From contig JBBABY010000006.1 in assembly GCA_041657425.1 (NCBI GenBank), positions 4,142 through 36,141 of the forward strand: a stretch of 32,000 nucleotides of DNA, given 5' to 3'. Numbering within the stretch: the stretch's first letter is position 1; each line of letters begins with the position of its first letter. Shown in pieces: positions 25,660 to 32,000 of this stretch. A model generated the notes under the pieces. It searched no databases. It was not told the DNA's origin and saw nothing but the letters and a program-made list of their open reading frames with translations. This DNA comes from an archaeon (GTDB taxonomy: Archaea; Iainarchaeota; Iainarchaeia; Iainarchaeales; CSSED10-239). A program made the position numbers and the translations under genes.

Positions 25660-25689
25660 CTTGGGGAAGAAAAGAACTCAAAACTCAAC

Positions 25690-25974
25690 TTAGTCTGTTG
25701 TGAATTCTGTTTTCTTCATTTTCTTTGGTATAACAAAATAGTGCTTTGACTTACATACTAAACATTCAGCAGTAAATACTGGCTTTTTATTCTGTTTTTT
25801 AACAGTTGCAATGTGCTTTGCCATTCCACCATAACCAGTCTTATGCTTTCTAACATTTTTTCTGGATCCTACAGCTAATGTTCTTGCACCTCTTGATTTG
25901 TATGGTGAAAGCTTGTGGCTCTCGTGTTTTTTACATTTTTTACAGTATGTTTTTATTTGCTTTGGTATCTTCAT
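25690..25974 (-). CDS. rpl44e: 50S ribosomal protein L44e (eL42)
   Basis: 94 aa. Zinc-ribbon cysteines CKKCKKH...CLVCKSK and the KTGYGG / KKQNKKP pattern typical of L44e. Confidence 0.9.
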   Translation of the reverse strand: MKIPKQIKTYCKKCKKHESHKLSPYKSRGARTLAVGSRKNVRKHKTGYGGMAKHIATVKKQNKKPVFTAECLVCKSKHYFVIPKKMKKTEFTTD

Positions 25975-26104
25975 ATATAATCATTCTTTTCATTAAATAT
26001 TAAAAAAAGAGCCTTTTTTAGGTCACTCTATATAATATATATTGTCCCATATTTATTTAAAAAGATTGCCTATATATTAATTTAGGGAAAAATGTGAATT
26101 TACA

Positions 26105-27310
26105 ATGAATTTTGAAAAATATAGACTTGATTTTCCTGTTTTAAAAACTGAAATAACTTATTTAGATAGCGCAGCAACTTCTCTTAAGCCAGTTTCTGTG
26201 GTTAAAGCAATGGATTATTATTATCTTAATTGTCCTGCAAACATTCATAGGGGAGTTTACAAGATATCTCAAGAAGCAAGTGTTGTTTATGAAGAGGCAC
26301 ATCAAGAACTTGCAAAGTTTTTTAATTGTAAGAAACAAGAAGTAATTTTAACTCATAACAGTACTGATTCTTTAAATATGATAATGTACATGTTGTATAA
26401 TAGCAATTACTTCAAGAAAGGAGATGAAATCTTAACAACAGTTTATGAGCATCACGCAAATCTTGTCCCTTGGCAATTTATATCTCAGAAATTAGGACTT
26501 AAATTAAAATTTGTAGAAATAAATAAAGATTATACTTTTAATCTTGATGATTTAGAAAAGAAAATTACAAATAAAACTAAACTAATAACAGTCGCTCATA
26601 TTTCAAATACCATAGCAACAATTGCACCAATTAAAGAAATTGTAGAAATTGCAAAAAAGAAAAATATTTTAGTGTGTGTTGACGGATCACAGTCCGCGCC
26701 ACACAGAAAGATTGATTTTAAGAAATTAAATGTAGATTTTTTTGTTTGTACCATGCATAAGATGCTTGGGCCAACAGGTGTTGGAGTATTGATTGGAAAA
26801 GAAAGATTACTTGAAAAGTTTTCTCCTGTTAGATTTGGAGGAGACATGATAGAGCATGTAACTTTCCAGAAATCAACATGGAACCAATTACCAAACAAAT
26901 TTGAAGCAGGAACTCCAAATATTTCCGGTGCTTTTGGCACTCTTGAGGCAATTAATTATCTTAAAAGAATTGGAATAGAAAATATTGAAAAGCAAGATAA
27001 ACAATTAACAGATTACGCTTTAACAAAATTAAATAATATTCCTGGATTAACAATCTACAATCCAATGAACACAAACAAGCAAGGCTCAATTATTCTTTTT
27101 GATCTTAAAGGAATAAATTCAAGAGAGCTTTCTTCTTTCTTAGATGAGTTTGGAAACATTGCAACAAGAGCAGGAGTGCATTGTGCTGAACCAATAGTTT
27201 CTAGATTAAATAAAAATGGACTTGTTAGAGCCTCTTTTTATTTCTATAATACAAAATCAGAAATAGATCATTTTGAAGAAACTCTTAAAAAAATAAAAAA
27301 GCTGATTTAA
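26105..27310 (+). CDS. sufS: cysteine desulfurase, class V aminotransferase (SufS/CsdA-like)
   Basis: 401 aa. PLP-lysine motif FFVCTMHKMLGPTGVG and active-site cysteine loop ATRAGVHCAEP. Confidence 0.88.
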   Translation: MNFEKYRLDFPVLKTEITYLDSAATSLKPVSVVKAMDYYYLNCPANIHRGVYKISQEASVVYEEAHQELAKFFNCKKQEVILTHNSTDSLNMIMYMLYNSNYFKKGDEILTTVYEHHANLVPWQFISQKLGLKLKFVEINKDYTFNLDDLEKKITNKTKLITVAHISNTIATIAPIKEIVEIAKKKNILVCVDGSQSAPHRKIDFKKLNVDFFVCTMHKMLGPTGVGVLIGKERLLEKFSPVRFGGDMIEHVTFQKSTWNQLPNKFEAGTPNISGAFGTLEAINYLKRIGIENIEKQDKQLTDYALTKLNNIPGLTIYNPMNTNKQGSIILFDLKGINSRELSSFLDEFGNIATRAGVHCAEPIVSRLNKNGLVRASFYFYNTKSEIDHFEETLKKIKKLI

Positions 27311-27394
27311 TTACAAAAAAAGCTATTTTTTAAATATTTTGTTTAAATATAATAATAATCTAATACAATTATATATCAAAGGGGGTAAATAACT

Positions 27395-27673
27395 ATGAGT
27401 GAAATGGAAGGAAACATAATTTACATAGGAAAGAAAGGAACAATGGCATACGTATTAGCAGTAATAACTCAGTTTAATCAAGGAACAGACGCAGTAGTTA
27501 TAAAAGCAAGAGGAAAGACAATCTCTAAAGCAGTAGATGTTGCAGAGATAGTTAAGAACAAGTTTGTTAATTCAGTTAAGATAACAGATATTGCAATTTC
27601 AACAGAAGAAATAATTACTGAAAACAATACCCCAATGAAAGTTTCGGCAATTGAAATTAAATTAAATAAGTAA
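27395..27673 (+). CDS. albA: DNA/RNA-binding protein Alba
   Basis: 92 aa. NIIYIGKKGTMAYVLAVITQF...VVIKARGKTISKAVDVAEIVKNKF is the Alba signature. SD-like aagggggt upstream. Confidence 0.9.
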   Translation: MSEMEGNIIYIGKKGTMAYVLAVITQFNQGTDAVVIKARGKTISKAVDVAEIVKNKFVNSVKITDIAISTEEIITENNTPMKVSAIEIKLNK

Positions 27674-27754
27674 GTTTTAGTAACTTATTTTTCTTTTAAT
27701 TAATTAAAAATAAGAAAAGTATAAAATTTTACAGTAATTCTACTAGTGGCATCT

Positions 27755-29983
27755 ATGAAAAATAAAAAAAAAGCAATAAGTCCAATCATTGCAACAGTTC
27801 TCTTAGTTGTAGTTATAGTAATACTTACGGTACTTATTCTATCTTTTGGGAAAGGATTTACAAATGATTCTTTAGATAAAACAAATAATATAAAAGAATT
27901 GTCTTCTTCTGATGCAGAACATTTTGTATATTCTAAAAATTTTAGTGATGGAGTAATACAATTTAATTATAATCCTCCAACTACTGTAGCAATGGAAGAT
28001 ATTGTAATTACAAGATATAAAATATTTACAGACAATAATGAAACCGCAGAAGTTCCAATAACTCCAGAGTATACATTAAAAACAGGATTAAATATTTTAG
28101 ATTTAACTAATTTCTCAGATCTTAATATTACTGAAAATAAAGTTAGTATACAGTTAAAGACTTCAAATAATCAATATATTTTATTAAAAAATATTACTAA
28201 TTTTTCAAGTATTGGAGATATTGTTCCAGAAATGGATCCGTTGCTTGTTAGTATTATTTCCCCCGAAGATTCAAATCTTTTTCTTATAGGCGAAGTAATT
28301 GATTTTAATTCCTTAATTACCGGGGGAAATGAAGAGTATAGTTGTTCTTGGGATTCCAATATTTACGGCAATTTCGAAACAGATTGTAATACTTCGTTTT
28401 CGGATTTAAATGTAGGGACTCATTTAATTACGTTAACAGTAGAAGCTTCAGACACAAATACAGACACTATTAATTTAACAATTAAAGATCATTTAGTGCC
28501 AGTAATTGAAAGTCCCATAGACTTTATTTATACTTTTGAAGATAATATTAATTTTGTAGGAACTACAGATAATAATCAAGGGGCTTATAGCTGTTCTTGG
28601 GATTCTAACATTTATGGAAATTTTGGAACAGATTGTGATGTTGATATCGCTGATTTGAATGTAGGAGAACATTTAATTACCTTAAGTATAACTGATGATT
28701 TAGAAACTATAACCTCAACGATAAATATTACAATTGAGGCACCAGTGGAATTAGAGATTTATTCTCAAAATGGAAGACTTTATTTAACCAGTGATTTTTT
28801 AACTGCAAATTCAGATAAAAATCTAGTTTCTTATAAATTAGTAGGGTATGGTAGTTCTTTTGTACCTATTGAAATGATAAATCCAATAAATGGTTCAGAA
28901 ACTTTAACATCTATAATTTTGAAATCTTGTTATCAATGGGAGGAATGGTCCGAAACTTGCACCCCATATTTAGATTTAGGAATAATTGAATCTAATGGTT
29001 CTACTTTTGCAGTAGAATTGAAATATTCAGATACTTCTATAGTAACTATTTCAAATATTAACTCTAATAATTTTTTAGGTCCAGAAAATTGCCTATCAGG
29101 ATATATCCCAGTTCCTGGAAATTATCTCTATGGAACAATGAATGATAATAATGGTTTTTGTGTAATGAAATATGAAGCAAAATATAGCAGTGGATCAGGA
29201 CACGATACAGTATCTCCAACTTGTACTGATGGAACAGAGGATTATAGTGCGGTATCTACAATTGTTCAATCTACATATTCGAATAGTCCTTTAACAGAAG
29301 TTAATTTGTGTGCTGCAAAACAAATTTGTGAAAATTCTGGCGGTTCTTTAATAACAAATAATGAATGGATGACTATTGCAAGAAATATAGAGAGAGTACA
29401 AAATAATTGGAGGACTTCTATTGGAGATATATTATATGTGGGGCATACAGATAATGATCCTCCATTCGCTCTACCTGCAGTAGAAGATGATGAAAACGGA
29501 TATTATGAAACAGGGGCATTAGGCACAACTCAAAGAAGAACTTTATATTTAAATAATAATGAAGTAATTTGGGATTTTTCGGGAAATATACTTGAATGGA
29601 CATCAAATACCGTTGCAATAAGAAATCACCCAGATGCTTATAATAGTAATGGTACCGTTAATAATGGGGGATGGACAGGCGGATGGATTGAATATTATAC
29701 GAACAACACTAATAGAAAATTAATTTATACGAATTTAGGCACCACCACTTTTATATATAAAGATTTATATTTATTAAATCCATTGTATAATGATACTAAA
29801 GGTGTTGGTACAGGTCGTTTCTGTAGTGATCGATCAAGTACGAATGAATTAATAACAGGATATTTGCGAGGAGGTAGTTTTGGATATATAACAAATGCCG
29901 GAGTATTAAGTTTATCGTTAGGTTCTGTTCCTAGTGATAGATTGAGTAATTTTGGTTTCCGATGCGTTATTATTCCAGAGTAA
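27755..29983 (+). CDS. secreted/surface protein: archaeal pilin-type (class III) signal, two Ig-like repeats, C-terminal FGE-sulfatase (SUMF1-like) domain
   Basis: N-terminus MKNKKKAISPIIATVLLVVVIVIL fits the archaeal prepilin pattern. C-terminal domain motifs are GFCVMKYEAK, SPLTEVNLCAAKQICENSGGSLITNNEWMTIAR, GNILEWTSN and RGGSF...NFGFRCV. I prefer the ATG at 27755 over the GTG at 27746. Confidence 0.8.
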   Translation: MKNKKKAISPIIATVLLVVVIVILTVLILSFGKGFTNDSLDKTNNIKELSSSDAEHFVYSKNFSDGVIQFNYNPPTTVAMEDIVITRYKIFTDNNETAEVPITPEYTLKTGLNILDLTNFSDLNITENKVSIQLKTSNNQYILLKNITNFSSIGDIVPEMDPLLVSIISPEDSNLFLIGEVIDFNSLITGGNEEYSCSWDSNIYGNFETDCNTSFSDLNVGTHLITLTVEASDTNTDTINLTIKDHLVPVIESPIDFIYTFEDNINFVGTTDNNQGAYSCSWDSNIYGNFGTDCDVDIADLNVGEHLITLSITDDLETITSTINITIEAPVELEIYSQNGRLYLTSDFLTANSDKNLVSYKLVGYGSSFVPIEMINPINGSETLTSIILKSCYQWEEWSETCTPYLDLGIIESNGSTFAVELKYSDTSIVTISNINSNNFLGPENCLSGYIPVPGNYLYGTMNDNNGFCVMKYEAKYSSGSGHDTVSPTCTDGTEDYSAVSTIVQSTYSNSPLTEVNLCAAKQICENSGGSLITNNEWMTIARNIERVQNNWRTSIGDILYVGHTDNDPPFALPAVEDDENGYYETGALGTTQRRTLYLNNNEVIWDFSGNILEWTSNTVAIRNHPDAYNSNGTVNNGGWTGGWIEYYTNNTNRKLIYTNLGTTTFIYKDLYLLNPLYNDTKGVGTGRFCSDRSSTNELITGYLRGGSFGYITNAGVLSLSLGSVPSDRLSNFGFRCVIIPE
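28241..28738 (+). repeat. two tandem units of about 83 aa (249 nt) inside the surface protein
   Basis: ...EEYSCSWDSNIYGNFETDCNTSFSDLNVGTHLITLTV... is repeated as ...GAYSCSWDSNIYGNFGTDCDVDIADLNVGEHLITLSI.... Each unit ends in INLTI / INITI. Confidence 0.8.
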
Positions 29984-30090
29984 TTTTTCTTATTTAAATA
30001 GAAATCAAGAAATTTAATTATTGCGGTTGAAAATATTTTTCTTGTTCTTTGGGAATAAATTTATAAATGACACATTTCTGAGATGTAATT

Positions 30091-31566
30091 TTATCCAATG
30101 ACAAGTCTTGGAATTGGCAGATTCATTTTTGGAAATGTTTGATTAATTTTCAAAAGTAGCTTTTTGTTTGTAAGTTGAATATTACTTTTTGAAGAAACAA
30201 TCAATTGGTCTTCTTCTTTGTTTATTTCGTTAAATGTATTATACTTAATAGATCTGATAGCTAGTTCCATTGTAGGGGAATAAAACTTAGTATTTTTGTG
30301 TTGAAGGAAGCGAGGGATTTCTTCAATCAAGGAGTTGATAAGCGAGTATTCTGTAAGGTATTGTAAGAACATAGGATTTGTTTCTAAATCTCTGGATTTT
30401 CCAAAATCACAAGAGGTATAATTAATAATTGTACTAATATTTATTGATTCTTCTATTTTTTTTTGTCTTTCAATTAATGAATTGATAATTTTAGAGATAA
30501 AAGATTCTTCTTTCTTGCAAGTCCATGTAAGTTTATCTAGATTATCTAAAATTTTTATTTCTTCGTTATTTGTAAGCTTTAGGGCATCTGAAAGTAAAAG
30601 ATTTTCTTTCTGGCCTTTTGTAAATGGCCCAATTGGAATCTTTAGAAGCCCGTTTTGTTTTTTGTAGTTTTCTCTATTTTCTTTTAATTCATGAATTGAA
30701 TGATACTCTCTTGACCACATATCATCGCAAGAAATAAAGTAAAAACCAGATTTTTTAAATTCAACTTCAACAAGAGAAGATGGTAGAACATTTTCTTGTA
30801 ATACAGCAGAAGGTTTACAGCAAGAACAATTGATTGTTTCAAAGCCAATATTGTTAAATTGTTTAGTTAGAAGATAAGGTAAGACATTTGAAAAATCTAG
30901 ATTGATGTGCTCTTTGATGAATTTTTCTTTAGTTTGATAATAGTAATTATTAGTGTTCTTTAAGATTAGTTCATTATTAAAAAATTCATTTTCAAAAAGA
31001 ATATTTAAGATCTGGTCGTTCTTAATGCTTGTTTCTGGTTTCAATCTAAGGATGTTACTTAGAATTAATTTTCTGGTAAGTGGCTCAATTAACTTTAACT
31101 TTTCAGAATCATTAAGGCTTTCAGTATAATCTCTGATTGCAAAATGAATGTGATTTTCATTATTTATCTTTCTGATATTATTTTTAAAAACAAAGAAAGA
31201 ATCATAATAACTCCAATTATTTCTAATTAAAAACTGTCTTTCCGGTTCAATTAAGATTATATTTTTACTTGTCGCTTGTTGTAAGATTTTTGCACATTTA
31301 GAGAGTATCTCGAAATCCTTTGCAATTATTTTTGTATTTTCTTCTAGAGATTTAAGAGAAATGTCTTTCTTAAAATCTGAAAGTAATTGACTAACAAGAG
31401 AAAGATTAATTTCTGCAACAAAATAAGGATAAAAGTTAGATTTATAGATAAACTCGTAGTTATTATTGAGAGGATCTCTACCAAAGTAGAGAACCACTCT
31501 TGCCCTGTCCATTTCATACGTGCTATTTAGTAGGCACAGCCTATGTTCCATAATCCAGCTCCACAA
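30091..31566 (-). CDS. hypothetical protein resembling a miniaturised, inactivated family-B DNA polymerase
   Basis: 491 aa; the start may instead be M6 at 31551. By eye, the N-terminus LLNSTYEMDRARVVLYFGRD...NFYPYFVAE resembles the PolB N-terminal domain. INLDFSNVLPYLL resembles motif A (DFxSLYPS). WTCKKEESFISKIINSLIERQKKIEE resembles the segment [30 protein letters not shown] may be a degenerate motif B. IVSSKS stands where YxDTD (motif C) is expected. Confidence 0.8.
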   Translation of the reverse strand: MWSWIMEHRLCLLNSTYEMDRARVVLYFGRDPLNNNYEFIYKSNFYPYFVAEINLSLVSQLLSDFKKDISLKSLEENTKIIAKDFEILSKCAKILQQATSKNIILIEPERQFLIRNNWSYYDSFFVFKNNIRKINNENHIHFAIRDYTESLNDSEKLKLIEPLTRKLILSNILRLKPETSIKNDQILNILFENEFFNNELILKNTNNYYYQTKEKFIKEHINLDFSNVLPYLLTKQFNNIGFETINCSCCKPSAVLQENVLPSSLVEVEFKKSGFYFISCDDMWSREYHSIHELKENRENYKKQNGLLKIPIGPFTKGQKENLLLSDALKLTNNEEIKILDNLDKLTWTCKKEESFISKIINSLIERQKKIEESINISTIINYTSCDFGKSRDLETNPMFLQYLTEYSLINSLIEEIPRFLQHKNTKFYSPTMELAIRSIKYNTFNEINKEEDQLIVSSKSNIQLTNKKLLLKINQTFPKMNLPIPRLVIG

Positions 31567-31797
31567 TTCATAAAATACATTTTCTATTTATCTTGGCAGA
31601 TAATTATTAACTGTTTTAAGAAAAGGGGGTATTTTCGGGGGGGTGCCTGTCCAGTGCGAAGGCTCATTATAAATGCGGGTTTCCAGGTAAAACTATTGCA
31701 AAAATCCATTAATAAAGCAGGTTTTCAAGAAATAGCAAAACATTTATATTTTTAATAACTATTAATAACAATATTTATAGAAAAAAGTGATAATAAA

Positions 31798-32000
31798 ATG
31801 GGATTAACAAATCTAGTTAAATCAATGCCACAGGATATTGAAACAAAAGAAGTTCTAATGAGCATATCAGATTATGAGGATATTTTCTCTGATTTTGATA
31901 CTAAACCATTAACTCATAGATCTTTGTCTGATGATTTTTTACAAGAACTAAAAAAAGAAGGAATGGATAGCATTCATAAAACAATAAATTTGAGATTTGT
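31798..32000 (+). CDS. hypothetical protein (5' part only, runs off the window)
   Basis: ATG at 31798, open to the window end (MGLTNLVKSMPQDIETKEVLMSISDYEDIFSDFDTKPLTHRSLSDDFLQELKKEG...). Not in the ORF track because no stop lies in the window. Confidence 0.55.
   Translation, partial: MGLTNLVKSMPQDIETKEVLMSISDYEDIFSDFDTKPLTHRSLSDDFLQELKKEGMDSIHKTINLRF

Noticed and set aside
31625-31700. The GC-rich patch interpreted as a tRNA, a tRNA half (split tRNA) or a C/D box sRNA.
   Set aside because: Hand folding on both strands gave no cloverleaf; only a 4-bp GCCT/AGGC stem and a CATT/AATG mini-hairpin appeared. There are no RTGATGA / CTGA box pairs. It is kept only as an unclassified candidate in the findings.
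31543-31755. The + strand 70-aa ORF spanning the divergent spacer, with the repeated peptide NAGFQ / KAGFQ.
   Set aside because: It overlaps the start of the minus-strand gene and has no SD. Its internal peptide repeat is more simply explained as a DNA-level direct repeat, that is, putative operator sites.
1-32000. A search for CRISPR arrays, rRNA genes and long dispersed repeats.
   Set aside because: I found no regularly spaced 25-40-nt repeats and no rRNA-like GC-rich conserved stretches. The only repeated DNA I noticed is listed above: the 25-nt start module, the 23-nt promoter motif, the 27-nt duplication, the 249-nt domain repeat and the 25.6-kb hairpin.

Overview
AT-rich (roughly 30% GC by eye), very compact archaeal chromosomal segment. 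Archaeal origin is supported by TFB, fibrillarin plus Nop5, Alba, ribosomal proteins eL15, eL33 (L35Ae) and eL42 (L44e), an archaeal/eukaryotic-type GlyRS and a class III (archaeal pilin-type) signal peptide. Tiny spacers, ATGA start/stop overlaps, an N-terminally truncated Nop5 and many orphan genes suggest a small-genome lineage such as DPANN; that placement is inference. I count about 40 protein genes and 3 tRNAs (Leu-TAG, Thr-CGT, Val-GAC). I found no rRNA, CRISPR array, transposase or integrase. TAA, TAG and TGA all terminate well-conserved genes, so the code is standard. Recognisable content is an rbr-dfx-ogg oxidative-stress cluster, glyS, a HAD hydrolase, cyclophilin, a CaCA antiporter, flpA-nop5-rpl35ae, rnhB, MarC-like and TVP38-like membrane proteins, rpl15e, tfb, a PIN/RHH-UPF0175 toxin-antitoxin pair, trxB, rpl44e, a SufS-like desulfurase and albA. 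Four things deserve a second look. (1) An ATPase module of the FtsK/HerA superfamily (DUF87-like). The active ATPase is split in its P-loop by a 426-aa LAGLIDADG intein and sits 9 nt downstream of a polytopic membrane protein gene. About 8 kb away lies a clear paralogue whose Walker A, Walker B and QRP motifs are all replaced. (2) An orphan cluster at 15.5-17.8 kb containing a small family of very basic proteins or micro-ORFs. These share a near-identical 25-nt translation-start segment (ATTATGCCAARACCAAAACCA, peptide MP[RK]PKP), and one tandem copy is decaying. (3) A 23-nt TATA-proximal motif shared by two otherwise unrelated orphan genes 5 kb apart. (4) A 491-aa protein that by eye looks like a miniaturised, catalytically dead family-B DNA polymerase. 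All family calls come from reading motifs; no database search was possible.
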